From positions 36,785 through 100,784 of the forward strand of contig JBBQTB010000001.1 in the NCBI GenBank assembly GCA_038213375.1: a stretch of DNA of 64,000 nt, read 5' to 3'. The translations under genes were made by a program, and so were the position numbers. The notes beneath the pieces were generated by a model, which was given only the letters and a program-made list of their open reading frames with translations, was not told where the DNA came from and did no database searches. Shown here piece by piece: positions 40,797 to 49,101 of the stretch; the stretch's first letter is position 1, and each line of letters opens with the position of its first letter. The DNA is from Bacteroidales bacterium (GTDB lineage Bacteria > Bacteroidota > Bacteroidia > Bacteroidales > JAAUTT01).

Positions 40797-41342
40797 ATGG
40801 AAAACAATAATCCACACTTTCTGAAAAGCACAATGACTTATGGAGCTATACTTGGTATATCAATGGTGGTTTATAATATAATTTTGTATATAGTAAACTT
40901 ATCCCTAAATAAACCTTTAAGTTATATTGGTTACATAATCATTATTGGAGGTATTTATTTGTCAATAAAATCATTCCGTGACCAAAGCGAACAAAAAGCT
41001 ATTACATATGGCAGAGCTGTGGGCGTAGGCGTATTAACTGTAGTATTCTCTTCCATAATCGTTGCTTTTTACACTTACATTCTTAATACATATATTGATA
41101 CCGGTTTAATCCAAAAAATTTTGGATATGACAAGGGAGCAATATGCAACAAAGGGAATGTCTGACGAGCAGATAGACACTGCCATCAATATGAGCAGTAA
41201 GTTCATTACTCCTGGGTTTATAAGTTTTTTTGTAATTCTTGGATCTGCATTTATGGGTACTATTTTTTCATTGATTATCGCAGCCTTTTTGAAAAAAGAA
41301 CCTAGTATTTTCGAGTCTTCTGAAAATACATTACAATCATAA
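40797..41342 (+). CDS. DUF4199 family membrane protein
   Basis: Four TM helices, ITYGRAVGVG and SLIIAAFLKKE. Confidence 0.82.
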   Translation: MENNNPHFLKSTMTYGAILGISMVVYNIILYIVNLSLNKPLSYIGYIIIIGGIYLSIKSFRDQSEQKAITYGRAVGVGVLTVVFSSIIVAFYTYILNTYIDTGLIQKILDMTREQYATKGMSDEQIDTAINMSSKFITPGFISFFVILGSAFMGTIFSLIIAAFLKKEPSIFESSENTLQS

Positions 41343-41359
41343 ATAAACATTTTTAGTAG

Positions 41360-42307
41360 ATGGACATTTCTTTAGTAATCCCTCTCTTTAACGAAGAGGA
41401 ATCTTTGCCAGAGCTGGCTAGTTGGATCGATCGTGTAATGCAGGAAAACGGTTTTAGATACGAAATTTGTTTTATTGACGATGGTAGCTCCGACAGCTCC
41501 TGGCAAGTAATTGAAAATCTCAGCCTCACAAACCGAAACATACACGGAATTCATCTTCGACGTAATTACGGAAAATCGGCTGCCTTGCATTGCGGTTTCA
41601 ATATTGCAAAAGGCGATGTTGTTATTACTATGGATGCCGATTTACAGGACAGCCCCGACGAAATACCCGAACTTTACCGGATGATTAAGTTCGAGAAATT
41701 CGATCTGGTATCGGGATGGAAGAAAAAAAGGTTCGATCCCATCTCCAAAACGCTCCCTACAAAACTATACAATGGCACTCTTCGTGCAATGAGTGGTATA
41801 AAGTTACACGACTTTAACTGTGGATTGAAAGCCTATCGCAATGAAGTGGTAAAATGTGTGGAAGTGTATGGTGAAATGCACCGTTATATTCCATACATGG
41901 CAAAAAAAGCCGGCTTTTATAAGATCGGTGAAAAAGTAGTGCAACACCAAAAAAGAAAATATGGTGTTACAAAATTTGGTCTGGAACGTTTTATAAACGG
42001 TCCGCTCGACTTGTTAAGTATTATGTACATTCAGAAATTCGGAAAACGACCTATGCATATTTTCGGATCGCTCGGCACCCTTATGTTTATGGTTGGATTG
42101 TGTGCCTCTCTTTACCTCGGAATTCATAAATTATATTGTATGAGTTTACATATAAAAGCAGGGCTTGTTACCGATAGTGCATACTTTTATATTGCTTTAA
42201 CTACCATGGTTTTAGGTACACAGTTGTTTCTTGCGGGCTTTTTGGGAGAACTGATTTCACGAAGTTCTTCGGAGCGAAATAATTACCTGATTGATAAGGA
42301 ATTCTAA
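41360..42307 (+). CDS. Glycosyltransferase family 2 (ArnC/GtrB-like)
   Basis: DDGSSD, RNYGK, MDADLQD and DFNCGLKAY, plus C-terminal TMs. Confidence 0.92.
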   Translation: MDISLVIPLFNEEESLPELASWIDRVMQENGFRYEICFIDDGSSDSSWQVIENLSLTNRNIHGIHLRRNYGKSAALHCGFNIAKGDVVITMDADLQDSPDEIPELYRMIKFEKFDLVSGWKKKRFDPISKTLPTKLYNGTLRAMSGIKLHDFNCGLKAYRNEVVKCVEVYGEMHRYIPYMAKKAGFYKIGEKVVQHQKRKYGVTKFGLERFINGPLDLLSIMYIQKFGKRPMHIFGSLGTLMFMVGLCASLYLGIHKLYCMSLHIKAGLVTDSAYFYIALTTMVLGTQLFLAGFLGELISRSSSERNNYLIDKEF

Positions 42308-42316
42308 TGTAAAAAC

Positions 42317-43459
42317 TTAATAACCACTTAATTCCAGCTTGTTAGTTTGTATCAGGGTGATTCGCTTGCCCATCTTTTTTTGAATTACAACAAAATGATG
42401 AACCTCTTCGGGACTTATCAACGAAATAGCGTCACCGGACGACTCGGCGCGACCTGTTCGTCCTATCCGATGCACGTAATCCTTGGGTGAGCGTGGTAAT
42501 TCGTAGTTAATTACATATGGCAGAAACTGAATATCAATACCTCTTGATGCCAGATCAGTAGCTACCAACACTCTTAATTTGCCGGTTTTAAATTTTTGCA
42601 ATGCCTGAGTCCTTGCTCCCTGACTTTTCAAACTATGCATAGCCGAAGCTTCGATGCCATTAATATTTAGTTTAGTTGTAACATGGTCAGCTGTTTTTTT
42701 TGAGGACACAAATACCAACACCTGATTCATGTTCTCATGCTTGATTAGGTAGCGCAATAGGGGTCCTTTTCGTTCGGTCTCCACATGATAGGCTATTTGT
42801 GTAATCAAATCGATATTCTTACTTTCTGCCTTTATTTCAATTACTACCGGATTGCGAAGAAGAACCTCCCGGAAAGCATTCATGTCGGTTCCAAGCGTTG
42901 CCGAGAAAAGAATATTCTGGCGTTTTTTGGGTAATAGAGCGAAAATTTGGTCCATCTCATCACGGAATCCCAGATTCAACAATTTATCCGCTTCATCCAA
43001 AACAAGCGTTTCAACTTCCGAAATATTCACAGCATTAGACGCAATTAAATCGAGCAATCGTCCGGTTGTTGCCACTAAAATTTCGGTACCCTGCAATTGC
43101 ATCATTTGAGGATTGATAGAAACCCCACCATAAACCGCCATTGTTTTTATCCTATTCGGTAACGCTGAACCAAATAATTGAAAAACTTCTGCCGTTTGAA
43201 TTGCCAATTCTCTGGTGGGAACAAGAACCAGTGTTTTAACATGCCTGTTTTTAGATAGTTTTTTATTTTGAGAAAGTTCCAATATGGGCAAAACAAAACT
43301 TGCCGTTTTCCCCGAGCCAGTTGGAGCAATTCCCAGAACATCCTTACCATTTAATATAGCCGGTATTGCTTCTTTTTGAATGGGATAAGGCATAGCGTAA
43401 TGTTGTTCAGCAATTACATTTAAAAGAGTCGCTGACAAACCAAGTGATGAAAACGGCAT
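42317..43459 (-). CDS. DEAD-box RNA helicase (RhlE-like)
   Basis: GSGKT, PTRELA, DEAD, SAT and HRIGRTGR. Confidence 0.93.
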   Translation of the reverse strand: MPFSSLGLSATLLNVIAEQHYAMPYPIQKEAIPAILNGKDVLGIAPTGSGKTASFVLPILELSQNKKLSKNRHVKTLVLVPTRELAIQTAEVFQLFGSALPNRIKTMAVYGGVSINPQMMQLQGTEILVATTGRLLDLIASNAVNISEVETLVLDEADKLLNLGFRDEMDQIFALLPKKRQNILFSATLGTDMNAFREVLLRNPVVIEIKAESKNIDLITQIAYHVETERKGPLLRYLIKHENMNQVLVFVSSKKTADHVTTKLNINGIEASAMHSLKSQGARTQALQKFKTGKLRVLVATDLASRGIDIQFLPYVINYELPRSPKDYVHRIGRTGRAESSGDAISLISPEEVHHFVVIQKKMGKRITLIQTNKLELSGY

Positions 43460-43753
43460 ATGATCGGGTAATAAATGAATAAAATAAATACTTTAAGGCA
43501 CAAACATACTACTAATTAAATTAACGATCGGTGACACAATAAGGCTCTTACCCCTAATTAATAAAGGTGAATTTTGTGCTTTTCTAAATTTCAGATTTTT
43601 TCTTTAAAAATGTATCAACCAGTTCCTTTTTGGAATTCAGGGTAAAACAGGTTGGTTTTTCGAATGTGTCAAGTAGATTTAAACAATAGAAGAAATTTTG
43701 TGTTAAAGAAGATATTTAAGATATTATATTTAGAATTTGGATTTGTTGGTTAG

Positions 43754-43787
43754 AAAAGGCAACGTCGTGAGATGTCGCCTTTTTTTT
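43754..43787 (+). terminator. Intrinsic terminator with no upstream + strand CDS
   Basis: AAAAGGCAACGTC-GTGA-GATGTCGCC followed by a T8 tract. Confidence 0.65.
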
Positions 43788-43992
43788 ACACAATATGATA
43801 TCAGTAATAGAAAGATGAAAGATGAAAGATTTTTGCGGTACACTGCAAGTGAATATTAGCATTGGCCTTGCCTATACACACATTCAATAAGATCACTCAT
43901 TTTAAAGTTTTTTAGCTTTTTTTAACAAATCCGCACACAAGAAAACTCATATTTCCACGTCTTATATTAAGTAAAACCTATTACTTAAAATT

Positions 43993-44238
43993 ATGAACCC
44001 AACAAACATGTTAGAGCTTCAAAAACTCGTATTGGAAAAGGTGTATGAAAATAAATTTTTATTTGTTAAAGAACTTCAAAAATCATTTCTATGGCTCAAT
44101 CAAGAGGATTTATACATACTTTATAACTGGGCTATCGGAAAATTCAACGCTCGGTACCGGAATATAATTAACTGCGTGTATTTGGGTTTTGACTTTCAGA
44201 AATCAATGACCACAGGTGCACTGGCTCCGGCTTACTAG
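43993..44238 (+). CDS. Small hypothetical protein
   Basis: MLE.QK.VLEKV...LF.KEL.KS..WL pattern and a good initiation context. Confidence 0.7.
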   Translation: MNPTNMLELQKLVLEKVYENKFLFVKELQKSFLWLNQEDLYILYNWAIGKFNARYRNIINCVYLGFDFQKSMTTGALAPAY

Positions 44239-44307
44239 GTAGTATTTAAATCAATGTAATAAATTTAAAATTGATTAAATGGAGTTTATGTGGTAAAACT
44301 GAGTAGC

Positions 44308-44754
44308 CTATCTTATGCCAGTATCAATGCTGATTTCAACTTGTAAAGTATTTCCCTGTTTGATTGTAATAGGAAAAGGCAAATTACTACCTCCAAATCG
44401 ATTGTTATTTTTTACATCAAAATCAATCACATACTCACCGATTGGAAGATCAATTTGATATGTACCATCCAAATTAGGATTAATAACAACTATCCTCGAC
44501 TTTTCATCTTTCGACCAGATAGCAGTTGCCCAATTCTTATATGTTTCTTTTGTGGGTTGGCATGCAGGGGATGGCGGGTCTGTTTCTACTGGACAAATTG
44601 GACCGATTGATATTTTGCCCTTTAATATACCCTTCATATTTAACTTATTAGCATCAACATCAATTGACTTGTCCTTACAACCAGCCAATAATACTAATAT
44701 TACTACCATTGCCAAGAAATATTTTACGATTCGATGATGTTTGTTTTCGATCAT
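44308..44754 (-). CDS. Hypothetical lipoprotein
   Basis: Lipobox LAGC, GPICPVE and C-terminal IDTGIR. Confidence 0.75.
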   Translation of the reverse strand: MIENKHHRIVKYFLAMVVILVLLAGCKDKSIDVDANKLNMKGILKGKISIGPICPVETDPPSPACQPTKETYKNWATAIWSKDEKSRIVVINPNLDGTYQIDLPIGEYVIDFDVKNNNRFGGSNLPFPITIKQGNTLQVEISIDTGIR

Positions 44755-44779
44755 TTGATTTTTTTAGTTGCTTATTTTT

Positions 44780-44850
44780 AAACTTTTTAACCTATTTAAT
44801 TCAGTCATTTTTTATTTATGCATTCGTGCAATCGTGGCGTGTTTTACTTT
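44780..44850. repeat. Dispersed repeat (GCATTCGTGGC family), half copy
   Basis: TTCAGTCATTTTTT...ATTCGTGCAATCGTGGCGTGTTTT, similar to 4750-4822. Confidence 0.65.
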
Positions 44851-44988
44851 GCTTCTTTGGCCTCATACAAATCTAGTTACTCTTTCGGGGTTGGGTGATG
44901 TTTTTAAATGGATTTGTGAATTATACAAGTTAGATGCTAAATTTAACAATTAGTTGCGTAAAATCTTCAAAAATTTATTTTCAATAGG

Positions 44989-45054
44989 GTGGAAATCATG
45001 CAACACTTTGCGGTTGAGATGTAACATTTTTTGATATTAAAGGTACCACCTTTG
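44989..45054 (+). promoter_or_regulatory. Stress-regulon promoter for the lipoprotein gene
   Basis: GTGGAAATC-ATGCAA-N15-ATGTAA-N22-CACCTTTG. Confidence 0.75.
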
Positions 45055-45134
45055 TATTACACGAGACTTTTGCCATTGATATGGTAAATGTTTCAATGAG
45101 AATCTTATATAAATTTAACCCTAAAAAAAACAAA

Positions 45135-45563
45135 ATGAAAGCAATTAAATTGAAATCTATGACAAAAAATATCTTTATAGGTATTTTTGTATCATTAATG
45201 ATGGTTTTTTTCACATCATGTGCCACAAAGATGGTTTTTTTGGATTCACCCGTTGTTCCGGGAGCAAAAGGTAATGTATCGATAAAAAATGACAAAAACA
45301 AAAATTACACTATTCAAATAGAAATCTCATATCTGGCTGAAATCGAAAAACTGCAACCACCTAAGAATACCTATGTTGTTTGGTTGGTTACAAAGCAAGA
45401 ATCAGCGAAAAATATAGGTCGAATTACAAGTTCAAAAAAATTAAAAGCATCATTTAAGACAGTATCTTCAGTTAAACCAACCAAAATATTTATTACGGCC
45501 GAAAATGACGGAAATATTCAATATCCAGGTACAATGGTTGTATTATCCACATCCAAAAATTAA
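45135..45563 (+). CDS. Hypothetical lipoprotein
   Basis: Lipobox FTSC, YVVWL and IFITAE; start chosen at ATG 45135. Confidence 0.75.
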   Translation: MKAIKLKSMTKNIFIGIFVSLMMVFFTSCATKMVFLDSPVVPGAKGNVSIKNDKNKNYTIQIEISYLAEIEKLQPPKNTYVVWLVTKQESAKNIGRITSSKKLKASFKTVSSVKPTKIFITAENDGNIQYPGTMVVLSTSKN

Positions 45564-45713
45564 AAGTAATATTTTTATACCAACATGGTGTTTGATGGGC
45601 AGTTGATTCCTGTTTTTTTAATAATGATTATATCATTTCAGGAATCACGCCTACCCGTTGTTTAGTTTTTGATTTTTTCCCGGTGTAAAATTCCACTAAT
45701 TTTTCTAAACTAT

Positions 45714-45780
45714 GTGGAAATCATGTAATATTTTTCTATAAATCATATAATAATTTTATATGTCAGCCTCTATAATTTTG
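45714..45780 (+). promoter_or_regulatory. Stress-regulon promoter for the Mn-catalase operon
   Basis: GTGGAAATC-ATGTAA-N16-ATATAA-N22-TAATTTTG. Confidence 0.78.
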
Positions 45781-45971
45781 AATTGTTAATTAACAATTAT
45801 AATTAAACTAATTATAAATTCATTTCAATTATGGAAAATAAAATGAATCAAAATAATAATTTTAAGATGGTACTGAAGCAGAGAACTAATACCCTCACTT
45901 CCTATAGATGGTTTGGGGCTGAGCAAATTAATGAATTCATAAATACATAAAATTTCACTAATATTTTTGCC

Positions 45972-46148
45972 ATGAAACTTTCAAGAGTATTTATTTTAAT
46001 TTTACTATTATTGACGTCATTGCTAAGTTCATGTGAAGCGATTGCCGGTATATTTAAAGCCGGAATGGGGTTTGGAATTTTTATTGTAGTAGCCATATTT
46101 GTAGCAATTATAGCTATTGTAATACGGTTTAATAAACAGAAATCATAA
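45972..46148 (+). CDS. Small membrane lipoprotein (58 aa)
   Basis: Manual translation MKLSRVFILILLLLTSLLSSCEAIAGIFKAGMGFGIFIVVAIF...; missed by the ORF track. Confidence 0.8.
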   Translation: MKLSRVFILILLLLTSLLSSCEAIAGIFKAGMGFGIFIVVAIFVAIIAIVIRFNKQKS

Positions 46149-46170
46149 AAAAATTTTAAAAATAAAAACT

Positions 46171-47097
46171 ATGTTCCATCATGTAAAAGAATTACAGTAT
46201 AACGCCCGGGTTTCAAAACCCGATGTGCGCTTTGCAAAACTATTGCTCGAACAATTTGGGGGCGGTAATGGAGAATTGAAAGCCGCGATGCAATATTTTG
46301 TGCAGGCTTTTGGGTGTAAAAAACCATATCCTGACAAGTATGATCTGCTAATGGATATCGCCACGGAAGAATTCAGCCATCTCGAAATTGTTGGCGCTAC
46401 CATTCAAATGCTTTTAACAGGTGTGAATGGCGATTTAAAAAACACAGCAGATGAATCAGATCTCACAAAATTATTGGATGGGAATGCTGCAAAGGAAGAA
46501 TACATTCATCAAGCAATGATTAATCCTCATTTCTTTTTATTAAGTGGCGGTGGCCCAACGGTAACCGATAGTAAAGGAATACCATGGTCTGGGGCTTTTG
46601 TAAATGCAATGGGAGATTTAACTGTTGACCTTCGTTCAAATATTGGCGCTGAATCAAGGGCAAAAATGGTTTACGAAAATTTAATGAAGTTTACCGATGA
46701 TACGTTAGTGAAAGAATCATTGCGTTTTCTTATGACAAGAGAAGTTGCCCACTTTCAGATGTTTCAGGCAGCATTAGAATCTATTCAACCAAATTTTCCT
46801 CCCGGTATTTTGCAAAGCGACCCACGTTACAGTAATTCGTATTTCAATTTATCACGAGGAGAAGACTTTAATGGGCCATGGAATGAAGGTAAAAGCCCTG
46901 AATTTGAGGAAACATGGAGATATATTGAGGATCCCTTAAAACATGTGCTTGAAACAAAAGGTTTGCTTGCAGAGCAAGTAGAAGGCACAAAACGCACGGA
47001 GAAACTCATCCAGAAAAAGAATAAATTATTAAGTGCACAGCGTAAAGCTGAAGTGGACCATGCAACACAACCTCTTAATGGAGTAATGAATTGGTAA
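46171..47097 (+). CDS. Manganese catalase family protein
   Basis: EQFGG..GEL.AAMQY, DIATEEFSHLE and REVAH. Confidence 0.93.
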   Translation: MFHHVKELQYNARVSKPDVRFAKLLLEQFGGGNGELKAAMQYFVQAFGCKKPYPDKYDLLMDIATEEFSHLEIVGATIQMLLTGVNGDLKNTADESDLTKLLDGNAAKEEYIHQAMINPHFFLLSGGGPTVTDSKGIPWSGAFVNAMGDLTVDLRSNIGAESRAKMVYENLMKFTDDTLVKESLRFLMTREVAHFQMFQAALESIQPNFPPGILQSDPRYSNSYFNLSRGEDFNGPWNEGKSPEFEETWRYIEDPLKHVLETKGLLAEQVEGTKRTEKLIQKKNKLLSAQRKAEVDHATQPLNGVMNW

Positions 47098-47147
47098 ATA
47101 GTAAAATTGACAGTAATCAAAATTAAACATTTCTAAAATTTAAAAGT

Positions 47148-47711
47148 ATGAAAACAAATGGTGATTCGCGCAAAAGCGCACAGACAAGAGATATTCAGGA
47201 TAACGGAGTTCAATCATCGCAATTGATGCAATTGTTCGAAGACGAGTTGAAGGATATTTATTGGGCGGAAAAAGCACTCACGAAAGCAATTCCTAAAATG
47301 ATTAAAAATGCAACTGCTCCTGAATTGAAAAAAGCATTGGAAAATCATCTGGAACAAACGCATGAACAAGTTAACCGTGTAGAAGAAGTATTTGAATTGC
47401 TTGACAAAAAGGCTACCGCAAAGGAATGCAAAGCTATGGCCGGATTAATTAAAGAAGGCCAGGAAATTATGGAAGAATGTGAAGAGGGGGTCATGTGTGA
47501 TGCCGGAATTATTTCCGCGGGTCAAAAAATCGAGCATTATGAAATTGCCTCCTATGGAACACTTCGCCAATTTGCCGATACTCTTGGCCGATCAGATATA
47601 GCAAAATTGCTCCAGCAAACGCTTTCTGAAGAAAAAGCAGCCGATGAAAAATTATCAGAAATAGCAATGAGAGCCATCAATATTAAAGCGTCAGAAAAAG
47701 TTGAGAGTTGA
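47148..47711 (+). CDS. yciF: YciE/YciF ferritin-like protein (DUF892)
   Basis: LKDIYWAE, CKAMAGLIKEG, QKIEHYEIASYG and TL.EEK.AD. Confidence 0.9.
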   Translation: MKTNGDSRKSAQTRDIQDNGVQSSQLMQLFEDELKDIYWAEKALTKAIPKMIKNATAPELKKALENHLEQTHEQVNRVEEVFELLDKKATAKECKAMAGLIKEGQEIMEECEEGVMCDAGIISAGQKIEHYEIASYGTLRQFADTLGRSDIAKLLQQTLSEEKAADEKLSEIAMRAINIKASEKVES

Positions 47712-47733
47712 AAATGTCGGTCTCACTTACAAG

Positions 47734-47765
47734 AAAAGCGCAGGCTTAGTAACTGCGCTTTTTTT
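47734..47765 (+). terminator. Intrinsic terminator after yciF
   Basis: AAAAGCGCAG-N9-CTGCGCTTTTTTT. Confidence 0.75.
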
Positions 47766-47782
47766 CTTTAAAAAAAACTAAA

Positions 47783-48265
47783 ATGACTCAAAAAATCAGA
47801 TCAAAATGGTTCGAGACTTTTGCTTCCAAAGCTACAAAAGCAACAGGAAGTAATATTGCCTTTGTAATTGCATGTTTTGTAATTATGGTATGGATTTTAA
47901 CAGGACCCATATTTCACTATTCGGATACCTGGCAACTTGTAATTAACACCGGAACAACAATTATAACATTTCTTATGGTTTTTCTTATTCAAAAAACACA
48001 AAATAAAGATGCCATTGCCATACAAATAAAATTAAATGAACTGGTGGCTGCAAATGAAAAGGCAAGTAACCGAATAGTAAGTATAGAGGATTTGGCGGAA
48101 GAAGAACTGGTGCGGCTTAATGAATATTATACCCGGTTGGCAGAGATAACTAAAAAAGAAAAAAATCAGAAAATATCACATTCTATTGAAGACGTTTCAA
48201 TATTGAAGGATGAAAAGAAAAAGTTACAAAAAAAGATAAACAGCATAACGAAAAAAGATACATAG
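47783..48265 (+). CDS. Low-affinity iron permease (Fet4-like) family protein
   Basis: YSDTWQLVINTGTTIITFLMVFLIQ and QIKLNEL. Confidence 0.9.
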   Translation: MTQKIRSKWFETFASKATKATGSNIAFVIACFVIMVWILTGPIFHYSDTWQLVINTGTTIITFLMVFLIQKTQNKDAIAIQIKLNELVAANEKASNRIVSIEDLAEEELVRLNEYYTRLAEITKKEKNQKISHSIEDVSILKDEKKKLQKKINSITKKDT

Positions 48266-48693
48266 CTTTTGAGATCCTTCTCGAAATCTGTAAATTTTCC
48301 TGATAAATACAGGTAACGTCCATTAAGCATTTGTTTCTTTACGACCATGGCTCTTATTAGTTCCGTATCGGATAGTGCTATGGTCTCAGAAAAGGTTCAT
48401 CCAGAGAATGAAAACAAGTAATATACTCACTGGTAGCTGTTTTTCCCTCCCAATACGAAGCGTTGCCTCCCTGCACTTAGCCAGTTCAAATTTAAACTGA
48501 AATAACTATCGTACTTTTTTCATATCGGTTAATTTGTTGCCCAACTTATAAATTTAAGTTCGCCAAATTTACCACTGGAAAAGTGTTCGCCTATTATCTT
48601 TAGGAGTGTTCACCTATTGTCGAAATAGGCATTTTACATAAATCTTTTATTATTTCTCACACAAAAGAAATACAATAAAATTAGGATAAATTA

Positions 48694-48733
48694 AGCCACG
48701 AATGCACGAATAATTATTCGTGCATTCGTGGCT
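48694..48733. repeat. Perfect 40-bp palindrome (REP-like)
   Basis: AGCCACGAATGCACGAATAA-TTATTCGTGCATTCGTGGCT. Confidence 0.9.
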
Positions 48734-49101
48734 ATTGAGTATTTTATCAGGATAAAAACATTCTCATTTGATTATTTTATTTTTATCCAAATTGTCTGAC
48801 TTATTGGTAAATTCAAATTGCCTAAATCCTATCTGGCTGAATATTATTCCCATAATAAAAGAGTAAGTCGGAAAAAAATGCTTCTTTTACTCAGATCGTA
48901 TGCCTTTTGATACTAAGCAAAAATGAGTGAATATAACTAGATGGACTCATCAATAAGTAATTATATTTGCATGTGAGGGATTCTTTATTTTTGGAATCGA
49001 ATAATTGTGAGGGTTTTAGAGTTAGATTATTGAATATTATATAACTAACTGTAACTTGAGCAATAAATTTATAACCATTTTTTCGCCAAACCGTAAAAGA
49101 T

